A stretch of 64,000 nt of DNA, taken from positions 48 to 64,047 of the forward strand of contig JAIOOW010000003.1 of the NCBI GenBank assembly GCA_021414205.1, given 5' to 3'. The stretch comes from Candidatus Anderseniibacteriota bacterium (GTDB lineage Bacteria > Patescibacteriota > Andersenbacteria > UBA10190). The notes beneath the pieces are model-generated. The model was given only the letters and a program-made list of their open reading frames with translations. It had not been told where the DNA came from and did no database searches. Shown here piece by piece: positions 18,765-26,965 of the stretch. Positions within the stretch are counted from its first letter, which is position 1. Every line of letters starts with the position of its first letter. The position numbers and the translations under genes are program-made.

Positions 18765-19670
18765 ATGGATATAAATACAACCCCACTACGAGGAGGGCTA
18801 CTTATCAATAAGCCAGTAGGAATAACGTCGCATGATGTTATTTATCAACTTCGAAAAATGCCCCAATTGCAAGGCATAAAAATCGGCCATAGCGGAACCC
18901 TCGATCCGTTTGCGACAGGAGTATTACTCGTACTTATTGACGGGGCAGCGCGCCTGCAAGACGAACTTCACTTATTACCAAAAACATATAAGGCGGAAAT
19001 TATGTTGGGCGCAAATACGGATACGGACGACGCGACAGGCGAATTTCTTCCCCAAGTAAAAGAACACAAAGGAGTGTCCGCACCATCACAAGAACAAATC
19101 CTCGCTGCACTTGACCACATTAAACAGCAAACAACCCAGATTCCGCCTATATATTCCGCAATTCAGGTTGGCGGCAAAAGAATGTATAAACTGGCTCGAG
19201 AGGGGAGAACGGTTGAGCAAAAGCCACGAAATATAACTATTCATGATATTACTTTGGAGAATTATTCGTATCCCACGCTCACCATTACAGCAACGTGCAG
19301 CACTGGCACCTACATCCGAGCGATTGCACGCGATATCGGAACAATGCTTAGCACGGGTGGATATTGTTCCCAGCTCGAACGCACAGCTATCGGAAATTTC
19401 AAAATAAAAAATGCGATTACTATCCAAGATATTCCAGAGAACATATCTAGTGTTCTTATTCCGCTCGAACAATTAACGGAACATCTGCACTCAAGCTCGT
19501 TCTCAGATTCCAATGTCGCAAAATTAAAAAATGGCAGGGAAGTGGAAATACCGGAAAACAGCCCCCAAGACATACCTATAAGATTATTAACTAGCAATAA
19601 AAAGGTATTCGGGATTGGAATACGGCAATCTAGCGCCCTTTTCATCACCCCAAAAAAGATATTCCTCTAA
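18765..19670 (+). CDS. truB: tRNA pseudouridine(55) synthase.
   Basis: Catalytic-Asp motif GHSGTLDPFATGVLLVLIDGAARL and a PUA-like C-terminus. The start is taken at the internal ATG at 18765 to avoid overlap with the divergent gmd. Confidence 0.85.
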   Translation: MDINTTPLRGGLLINKPVGITSHDVIYQLRKMPQLQGIKIGHSGTLDPFATGVLLVLIDGAARLQDELHLLPKTYKAEIMLGANTDTDDATGEFLPQVKEHKGVSAPSQEQILAALDHIKQQTTQIPPIYSAIQVGGKRMYKLAREGRTVEQKPRNITIHDITLENYSYPTLTITATCSTGTYIRAIARDIGTMLSTGGYCSQLERTAIGNFKIKNAITIQDIPENISSVLIPLEQLTEHLHSSSFSDSNVAKLKNGREVEIPENSPQDIPIRLLTSNKKVFGIGIRQSSALFITPKKIFL

Positions 19671-19719
19671 CGCCCTATCAGGTATACCTCCCTCACATAA
19701 AAACATATATAATATAAAA

Positions 19720-20364
19720 ATGAATTCGCCTACCGCCCCATTAACGCCATCCTCAGAGCTAGGAAAGGATATAGAGAAACGAACATTTGGAGCAATTAAG
19801 CTTCATCCCACTGATAAAATTTATGAGAACTTAGAAAAGGATGAAGAAATCGTACTTTGCCTCGAGCGGCATTGGTCGCAACTTTTACGACCTGCCATTA
19901 ACGCACTCGTAATGAGTGCGCTTCCAATCATAATCATAATTGCCTACACAATCCTCGGTTTTTCATATCCAACAATTCCACAAATTATGGTTGCAACGTG
20001 GTTTTGGTACTGCCTTATTTTTTACTACTCCCTTTCCAGAATCATAGAGTGGCGTTCCGACGTATATATTATAACGGATGAACGAATCATAGATTTTGAC
20101 ACACGGGCATTCTTTTCAGAAAAAGTTACCGACACAGATCTTGATTCGATACATGAAATTCATTATGAAACTGGTGGAAATTTATTATCCGGGAGTATGA
20201 ATAAGGGGAAAATTATATTAAAAGACGTGAGCGGGAGTGAAGTCATAATGAATAATATCCCCCACCCAGCAGACGTGGCGCTGGTATTGGGCGAACTCAT
20301 AGAAAAAATTAAGGATGAGGCCCTGAAAACAAATACCACGTCCGCAGAAGTTCCATCAGTATGA
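19720..20364 (+). CDS. Membrane protein with a bacterial PH-like (YdbS/YdbT-type) domain (hypothetical).
   Basis: Two TM helices followed by a segment resembling bPH_2 (IITDERIIDFDTRAFFSEKVTDTDLDSIHEIHYETGGN). Confidence 0.4.
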   Translation: MNSPTAPLTPSSELGKDIEKRTFGAIKLHPTDKIYENLEKDEEIVLCLERHWSQLLRPAINALVMSALPIIIIIAYTILGFSYPTIPQIMVATWFWYCLIFYYSLSRIIEWRSDVYIITDERIIDFDTRAFFSEKVTDTDLDSIHEIHYETGGNLLSGSMNKGKIILKDVSGSEVIMNNIPHPADVALVLGELIEKIKDEALKTNTTSAEVPSV

Positions 20365-20594
20365 ACTCAGCAATCCTTACCGCTACCCTCCTCCAAACGA
20401 TTCCAAATACAATTATTGTAATAGTTCTTTGCGTATATACCCTCTTTGCATTTGTAGCCTTTATTAAAATAAAACGATTAGAAAAGTGGCTCCTAAGCCT
20501 ACGCGCCTACAATTTTCCTCGCTATGCATTCATTCATCTCATATTGGCAACAATCGGTTTATTGATGGCCTTCATACTATTATTTTTTCTTTAA
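20361..20594 (+). CDS. Small two-TM membrane protein (hypothetical).
   Basis: 77 aa, entirely hydrophobic with two helices. ATGA-type overlap with the upstream gene. Confidence 0.3.
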   Translation: MNSAILTATLLQTIPNTIIVIVLCVYTLFAFVAFIKIKRLEKWLLSLRAYNFPRYAFIHLILATIGLLMAFILLFFL

Positions 20595-20600
20595 TCATCT

Positions 20601-21518
20601 ATGGCAGATATATTCACAATTCTCCTGACAATTTGCGGATTAGCACTCTTTGAAACAATCAGCAGCATTGATAACGCCATTATTAATGCAGAAGTCCTAG
20701 GAACAATGAAGAAAGCCTCTAGAAAGTGGTTTTTAACATATGGCATGCTCTCAAGCGTTTTTGTTGTGCGAGGGTTACTTCCATGGCTTATTGTTTGGAT
20801 TGCTACGCCGTCTCTTAGCCCCCTCAAAGCTCTTACTGCGACATTCTCAAGCGATCCGACAATAGTCCAAGCAATCGACTCTTCTTCTCCGATTCTTCTT
20901 ATAGGTGGTGGCGTATTCCTCATTTCCCTATTCCTTCATTGGCTTTTTCTAGAACCAAAAAGCTACGGCCTTCCAAGCGAACGCTTTTTTGAAGCCCAAG
21001 GAGTATGGTTTTTTGCAATCTTATCAGTAATTCTCGCTAGCATCGTATGGCTCTCACTGAAAATAAGCCCGATGATGGCATTCGGGGCCGTAATAGGATC
21101 CACTATATTTTTTATCACGCACGGATTCAAGCAAAATGCTGAAAAAAATGAACAAGGACTTATCGGATCGGGACTATCTGATATAAGCAAATTATTCTAC
21201 CTAGAGGTAATTGATACGACCTTCTCAGTAGACGGGGTCCTTGGCGCATTTGCATTCACACTGGCAGTACCCCTCATCATGATAGGAAGCGGTTTAGGAG
21301 CGATCATAGTAAGACAACTTACAATGGGAAATATTGAAGCAGTTAAAAAATATGTTTTTCTAAAAAATGGCGCAATGTACTCAATATTGGTTCTAGGTAC
21401 AATCATGCTAATGGATAGTTTCAATCTCCATGTGCCAAGCTGGCTATCCCCAATAGCAACATTCGCAATTATTGGCTTTTTTTACCTAAAATCATTCAAA
21501 CAAGAGAGGGCCTCATAG
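20601..21518 (+). CDS. DUF475/TerC-like integral membrane protein.
   Basis: Multi-TM protein with an early SSIDNAIINAEVL motif resembling the TerC/DUF475 SxDNA signature. Confidence 0.45.
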   Translation: MADIFTILLTICGLALFETISSIDNAIINAEVLGTMKKASRKWFLTYGMLSSVFVVRGLLPWLIVWIATPSLSPLKALTATFSSDPTIVQAIDSSSPILLIGGGVFLISLFLHWLFLEPKSYGLPSERFFEAQGVWFFAILSVILASIVWLSLKISPMMAFGAVIGSTIFFITHGFKQNAEKNEQGLIGSGLSDISKLFYLEVIDTTFSVDGVLGAFAFTLAVPLIMIGSGLGAIIVRQLTMGNIEAVKKYVFLKNGAMYSILVLGTIMLMDSFNLHVPSWLSPIATFAIIGFFYLKSFKQERAS

Positions 21519-21538
21519 TAGCACTTTGGGTCAGGTTA

Positions 21539-21567
21539 TTGACTTTATTTTGAACTTTTGTCATACT
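21539..21567 (+). promoter_or_regulatory. Putative sigma-70-type promoter for rpsT.
   Basis: TTGACT (-35) at 21539-21544, a 17-nt spacer ending in an extended-10 TG, then CATACT at 21562-21567. The -10 element is weak. Confidence 0.3.
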
Positions 21568-21574
21568 TCCCTTC

Positions 21575-21838
21575 ATGCCACAACTATCCGCTGGAAAGAA
21601 AGCTTTACGAAAAGACGCACGACGACGTGCTGTTAATGATGTTTGGAGAAAAAAGATTCGAGAAGCTAAGAAGGCTGTTCGAGAAGCCATTGCCTCTAAT
21701 GATGCAAAAAAGATTGCAGAAGTAGCAGTGCAGGCTGAAAGCATCTTCGACCGAGCTGCAAGACGGAATATCATTCATCCGAACGAAGCAGGCCGACGAA
21801 AAGCTGGATTACGAAAGCTCCAAATAAAGGCGAAATAA
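21575..21838 (+). CDS. rpsT: 30S ribosomal protein S20 (bS20).
   Basis: An 87-aa basic protein. MPQLSAGKKALRKDARRR...IHPNEAGRRKAGL follows the bS20 pattern (SAxKrxxqxxkRRxxN...IHKNxAARxK). Confidence 0.88.
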   Translation: MPQLSAGKKALRKDARRRAVNDVWRKKIREAKKAVREAIASNDAKKIAEVAVQAESIFDRAARRNIIHPNEAGRRKAGLRKLQIKAK

Positions 21839-22780
21839 TTACGACGCCAAACCAATAACGAGCATTGTAACGATGGACCGAGGGTCCATCGTTTTATTAC
21901 TGTTCATGGATCGCTCTACGCCCGCAATACGAACCAAAGCATCTTGGATAACAGGCACAGAAAGCCTTCGCACTATTGGAGTCGCTTTCTGCACGGCAAT
22001 TGGATGAAACTTTGATTGCTTAGAAATAACGCTGGCGCTTTCGTTATTATCGATACCCATTCGTACTGCCAAAAACAATCTGAATTGATACGCAATCATC
22101 GATGTAATGAACCTCTCTGATGCACCGCCTGCAATCATTGACTGCAAAATATTCGTGGCAATAATGGGCTTCTTCGCCGTAATGGCTTCCAAGAGCGGAA
22201 AGGCACTAGGCACTGCGCTGCTGCGTTCCGGAACTATACTTTCAACATCATCTTTTGTTACCACCTCTTTATATGCTACCAATTTTTGCAGCTCTGATGC
22301 GAGCGCATACGTATCAAATCCAACCCTCTGCACCAGCGATATCATCGCATCCTGCTCTATAGCATCGTCTTTCATGCCCCCTTCTTTTATATAGTTCTGT
22401 ATCCACCGTACGCCCTGTTGAATATCACCAATTGCCGGAAACTGCTCAACCTCTGCATTCTTTTTGAGAAACTTATGCACAGCAGATCGAGCATCTGCGC
22501 CCCCTCGTTGCCAAAAGATACTATCACCCTTCATATTTTCAGGCGTGCAATATTCGATAATTTGAGTACGAACTGCTTCGGAATATGATAATGGATCCCG
22601 GAACACCAGAAGAGACACTCCAAATAGCGATCCTTTTGCGCTATCAAAGATAGCTTCAATAGGAGAATTCCTCATATCATCTTCATCCACAAAACGAACC
22701 TGCGCATGCGACTTATTCGCATACGCAGCTATCTTCGCTCGCGCCGTTCGTGTATCTTCCCCGAAGAAATATCGGATCAT
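21839..22780 (-). CDS. holA: DNA polymerase III delta subunit-like protein.
   Basis: Length of approximately 313 aa and an N-terminal FFGEDTRTARAKI pattern like the delta subunit. The genomic context also fits. Similarity is weak, so this is tentative. Confidence 0.45.
   Translation of the reverse strand: MIRYFFGEDTRTARAKIAAYANKSHAQVRFVDEDDMRNSPIEAIFDSAKGSLFGVSLLVFRDPLSYSEAVRTQIIEYCTPENMKGDSIFWQRGGADARSAVHKFLKKNAEVEQFPAIGDIQQGVRWIQNYIKEGGMKDDAIEQDAMISLVQRVGFDTYALASELQKLVAYKEVVTKDDVESIVPERSSAVPSAFPLLEAITAKKPIIATNILQSMIAGGASERFITSMIAYQFRLFLAVRMGIDNNESASVISKQSKFHPIAVQKATPIVRRLSVPVIQDALVRIAGVERSMNSNKTMDPRSIVTMLVIGLAS
21870..21898 (+). terminator. Intrinsic terminator for rpsT, embedded in the 3' coding region of the convergent holA-like gene.
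   Basis: Perfect 10-bp stem ACGATGGACC-gag-GGTCCATCGT followed by TTTATT. Confidence 0.5.
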
Positions 22781-22799
22781 GAATATACACTACACGCTC

Positions 22800-23933
22800 C
22801 TACTTTCCTGTCCAAGTCACTGAAATAGTCGGCTCAACCGCAGTTACCCATACCTGTCCGCGAGTAAACGTAATCGGTTTTCCTTGTGCGTCCAAGAAAT
22901 GCACAGGGTCTTTCTTATTATTAATATCTTTTGTCCACTTCCCCGTAATTGCTTTTCCGTCCTCGTATACCGTTAAGTCTCCAGTTCCTTCGATGGCAAC
23001 ATTGTTGTATCCGCCAGGTCCATCCATGTACGTATTCGTTGCGCGCATCACCGCAACTACACTTGGGGCAATCACTTTCTTGTCGTACCCATCGACCTGC
23101 TTTACTCCTGCCCAGTATCTTACATATCGATTCGTTGCAGAATCATATTCATAGCTCACCTTAAATGCGCCAGGCCAATTGATCGTAAGCGTTCCCCCTG
23201 TAGGCCGGTCGCTTGCAGGAGCATCGTCTTTAAAATCATACCCCTTGAACTGAGTCTCTGTTCTGTACCCGAGCTTTTGCAACGTATCCCACAATCGCGC
23301 ATATGTAGTAAACCCATTATACGGCGCAGGCAAGTTATCCTTTCTGAAGAAGGCATTATTCGGATTTTGCAGAGCATTCATTGTTTGGAATTGGCCTGCT
23401 GCAATCATATTAAGCGCCCAGTAGCTTCCTCCCCAGTGAGCCATGATTCCATCAATACCGTCGAGCAAGTACAAGTAATCGTGTCGAGCAGAACGCACTG
23501 ACCCCATTTCAGGAGCCTCTCCGCACTGATACACGGCAGTAAGTCGCGTAACATCGCTCACAAGCACCGGCAACTCAAACACCATGTCTGCCGTAGAAAA
23601 TCCTGAAAGCGGACGATTAATTGGATCTCCTGCAAGCATTACGCCAATCGGCCTTCGGTTAGGATGATCGCATGGCATTCCAGACAATCCGCTCGTATCT
23701 CGATTTACGGGCGCAGGCGTAGGAGATGCATTTTGTCCAAGCGGAAGATTGCCGTACATAGAAGTGCTCCCAGAACCTTTAGATTTGGAATGAAGCCCCG
23801 CATATGCGCCAACTGCAATAACAATAACGCCCACAACTACCGCGATTATAATTGGAAGCATCTGCTTCTTTTTAGAAGAGGGCGAATGCATCCCTGCTTC
23901 CGGATTAGAATGTTGAGGCTCTTCTTCAGACAT
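22800..23933 (-). CDS. TM-anchored secreted protein, DUF3048-like.
   Basis: N-terminal TM helix, a Ser/Gly linker and a conserved core (PCDHPNRRPIGVMLAGDPINRPLSGFSTADMVFELPV) resembling the YerB/DUF3048 family. Confidence 0.4.
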   Translation of the reverse strand: MSEEEPQHSNPEAGMHSPSSKKKQMLPIIIAVVVGVIVIAVGAYAGLHSKSKGSGSTSMYGNLPLGQNASPTPAPVNRDTSGLSGMPCDHPNRRPIGVMLAGDPINRPLSGFSTADMVFELPVLVSDVTRLTAVYQCGEAPEMGSVRSARHDYLYLLDGIDGIMAHWGGSYWALNMIAAGQFQTMNALQNPNNAFFRKDNLPAPYNGFTTYARLWDTLQKLGYRTETQFKGYDFKDDAPASDRPTGGTLTINWPGAFKVSYEYDSATNRYVRYWAGVKQVDGYDKKVIAPSVVAVMRATNTYMDGPGGYNNVAIEGTGDLTVYEDGKAITGKWTKDINNKKDPVHFLDAQGKPITFTRGQVWVTAVEPTISVTWTGK

Positions 23934-23981
23934 GATAATTATGCTAGAAAATAAATGATTCCTTTATAATACCTCACTGCC

Positions 23982-26468
23982 CTATCCAATATCAAAAAGG
24001 GACTCGCTCATGTATGAATCGTGTTCCACTTTATCGCTTTGTTGATTAGGTTTTACTCCTTCAAATCGAGATGTAATCTCTTGCTCAACATCAGCGCGAG
24101 ATCTGCCATAGAGCGTCCGCGAATTCTCTTTTATCTGCCCTGCGATATCAGGATCTCCAATTGCAGGAGGAAGCGGCACAGCAATACTGCATGCGCGCTC
24201 CGGCGTACTGTTCACAAGAGGTCGAACAACGGCAGTAAATCGTCTCAAGTTTACTAAATCATATTGCGTAAACACGGGTGCAAATTGTTTTTCCATAAAC
24301 TCCGCATCCTCAACGCCAATGCGATACGAAACAATCGTACCAACGTTTCCAAATACGGCATCTGCAATCGGCTCGTCAAGCTGATTAATAAACTGATGTG
24401 CCAAATTAAGATTCAAACGATACTTTCTTGCTTCCGACAATATCGTCGCGATGCTGTCGGTTGTAAAATTTTGAAACTCATCAAGGTACAAATAAAAATC
24501 ATTACGCTCGTTTTCCGGAATATCTGCGCGACCAAGAGCAGCTATTTGAATTTTAGATACCAGTACAAATCCCAATAAATCAGAATTCATATCGCCTAAT
24601 TCCCCTTTCGATAAATTGCAGAGCAGAATTTTCTTCTGATCCATAATCTCCCTCACATCAAATGATGATGTTGCCTGCCCGATAATATTCCTCACTGTGT
24701 CGTTACTAATAAATCTACCAAGCTTACTAATGATATAGCTGAGCATATCCGCAGACATTTGTCCGCGCTGGGACTGTGCAAATTCTTGGTTCCAAAACTG
24801 CAACACAACAGGGTTTGTAACTTTGCTCAATATTTGCTTCCTGAATGGCTCATCCACAAACATGCGAGGCACGTCGAGCAATGTTGCCTGCGGATCTTCA
24901 ACAAGCGCTAATAATGCATTCCTTAAATAATGCTCGAACATCGGCCCTATCGATTCCGGATTTAACCTTGCGGCAAGCTTTTGCAAAATTTGCACTACCT
25001 CATTTACAACTAAGTCCCTCTGCTCAGAATTCTTTGATTCTAAAATATTAAACCCGAGTGGGCGGTCTTTATCTCGCGGATCAAACAGCACAACATCCTT
25101 CAATCGATTCTGAGGAATGTGGTGTAGAATATCTGAAATTAAATCGCCGTGCGGATCTACAACGCCGACGCCATTCCCTGCCTGAATATCCTGAATAATC
25201 ATGTTTAAAAACATCGTCGTTTTTCCAGTTCCAGTTTGGCCCAATAGATACATATGGCGTCTCCTATCAGACTGGCTGATATGTACAGGCGTATCGATTC
25301 CCCGATACTGATTAACACCAATTAACACGCCATCTTGAGGAAGATTACTTGGCGCAGGCGCAGACTTAGCTCCTCTCCAAACTATATTAGGAGTAGATGT
25401 GGTAGGAAGAGGAAAGTGATACATACTAGATATTTCAGCAGTGCCAAACACCGATGCGGAGGATTCATCAGGAACTCGAAATACCATCTTCTCAATAAAC
25501 TTCTTCTTGTTTTTAGGTTCCTTAAACACAAGCTGATTTAAGTCGGGAAAATCATACTGAGAAAATGCTGATGCAAGGCCATGGAATACGCGCTCCGCAT
25601 CGTCCCGCTTTCGCACAGAAACGCCCACGCGAATATTTACAGAGAACTGCTGTTGTACCATTTTCGCTTCTACCAACTCAATACGTTGTTGCATCCGAGT
25701 TGTCATCTTGCCTGCTCGCTGCTCGTCCGTATCCCTATCCGACTTTGTTTTCGTTACTGCAGATAAAATTGAGGAAAAACCAAACGAGGAGCTCGAAAGG
25801 TCCGCTTGCTTCCCGAGCATCGTACGTTTTGTGGCTTGCGATGCCTGTATAGATGACGATCTCGATGCCGGCGTAAGAATGTACTGTATTAGTGCGGAAT
25901 CAGTGCTTTGCATTTTTGCCAATGCGCCCGTAAGCGGCTGCATCGGATCAACTTCCAACTCTTTATATGTTGCAATTGGCAAATATTCTTTCCGTCGTAA
26001 TCGGAAACTGGCCACACGAACAGCATCCCCTTCCGCAAAAATGGTAAATTCTGGAGCATCCTTAACTTCCGCTTCTGGATAATGCGCATAAATCTGCTTT
26101 TCCAAATGCTGAATATACTTCCGTTCTGTTCCTGCAAAAAACAAAATTCCTTGATCTGGGATACTGGCCATCTCAAACACCACGACTGGCTTACCATATA
26201 GAAACTGCTGTTTCCAGGATGATGGCAAAGATGAGAGCGTAGATAAAAACTGCTCTCCAACCGCGATACGCTCCTTGATTGACTGCCCAATACCTTCCTC
26301 CCTATCTTCCTTCTGCATATCTTTCGGCAACAGCACTTGGAGCATTTGAATATCTAGCGATCGAGACATTCGCGCACGTTCACGAAGAAGCAGCGCTATC
26401 GCAAAAAGTCCGGCGCAACAGAGGCCCAACATAATAACTAGTAACAAAAACCCGATAAAAGAAATCAT
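23982..26468 (-). CDS. TrwB/TraD/VirD4-like type IV coupling-protein-family ATPase with an approximately 400-aa N-terminal extension.
   Basis: N-terminal TM segment. Walker A YLLGQTGTGKTTMF followed by VVDPHGDL matches the TrwB_AAD_bind pattern (GxTGxGKS...VDPnGD). Walker B is LYLDEFQNF. The 370-aa region before the NTPase domain includes Ser-rich low complexity. Confidence 0.55.
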   Translation of the reverse strand: MISFIGFLLLVIMLGLCCAGLFAIALLLRERARMSRSLDIQMLQVLLPKDMQKEDREEGIGQSIKERIAVGEQFLSTLSSLPSSWKQQFLYGKPVVVFEMASIPDQGILFFAGTERKYIQHLEKQIYAHYPEAEVKDAPEFTIFAEGDAVRVASFRLRRKEYLPIATYKELEVDPMQPLTGALAKMQSTDSALIQYILTPASRSSSIQASQATKRTMLGKQADLSSSSFGFSSILSAVTKTKSDRDTDEQRAGKMTTRMQQRIELVEAKMVQQQFSVNIRVGVSVRKRDDAERVFHGLASAFSQYDFPDLNQLVFKEPKNKKKFIEKMVFRVPDESSASVFGTAEISSMYHFPLPTTSTPNIVWRGAKSAPAPSNLPQDGVLIGVNQYRGIDTPVHISQSDRRRHMYLLGQTGTGKTTMFLNMIIQDIQAGNGVGVVDPHGDLISDILHHIPQNRLKDVVLFDPRDKDRPLGFNILESKNSEQRDLVVNEVVQILQKLAARLNPESIGPMFEHYLRNALLALVEDPQATLLDVPRMFVDEPFRKQILSKVTNPVVLQFWNQEFAQSQRGQMSADMLSYIISKLGRFISNDTVRNIIGQATSSFDVREIMDQKKILLCNLSKGELGDMNSDLLGFVLVSKIQIAALGRADIPENERNDFYLYLDEFQNFTTDSIATILSEARKYRLNLNLAHQFINQLDEPIADAVFGNVGTIVSYRIGVEDAEFMEKQFAPVFTQYDLVNLRRFTAVVRPLVNSTPERACSIAVPLPPAIGDPDIAGQIKENSRTLYGRSRADVEQEITSRFEGVKPNQQSDKVEHDSYMSESLFDIG

Positions 26469-26947
26469 AGAGAATATACAAAAACTATGACCGCAACAAC
26501 AATAGCAGCAAACAATGCGAAAATGCCAAACAATACTTTAGGGGATACATAGTGCTCATTCACGCGATCAGCAATCACAGCGTCGTACAACCTTCCCGTC
26601 AATACGTCATGGAGCAAATCAATATTTCGTGGAAAATATTCGCTCGTTTTCGCTTTTGCAATCGCTACATCAAGCCCATCCGAAAACGCCGTTTCAACCA
26701 ACGCCTGAACTTCTTTATGCTCTTCAGGAGAATGTTCCCATGGCTCCCTGATAGGAGTAACGCCAACACCTTCGTGCTCAAATACTTGCACTAATTCCTC
26801 ACCCAACAATTCCTTATCGCGCTTTGTACCGGGTACTGCATGCTTTTCGACGCGTCGTTCGTACGACTCCTGAAATGAGCGTGCTTGTTCTGGATTGCGA
26901 AAAATCAACGACTCGCGCACCCCTCCCTTGCGAGATTCCAATGACAT
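26465..26947 (-). CDS. Hypothetical protein with a C-terminal TM anchor, translationally coupled to the downstream coupling-protein gene.
   Basis: 160 aa with a C-terminal hydrophobic helix (VLFGIFALFAAIVVAVIVFVYSL). The stop overlaps the next gene's start (ATGA). Confidence 0.4.
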   Translation of the reverse strand: MSLESRKGGVRESLIFRNPEQARSFQESYERRVEKHAVPGTKRDKELLGEELVQVFEHEGVGVTPIREPWEHSPEEHKEVQALVETAFSDGLDVAIAKAKTSEYFPRNIDLLHDVLTGRLYDAVIADRVNEHYVSPKVLFGIFALFAAIVVAVIVFVYSL

Positions 26948-26965
26948 ATGCCATAAGTATATCAG

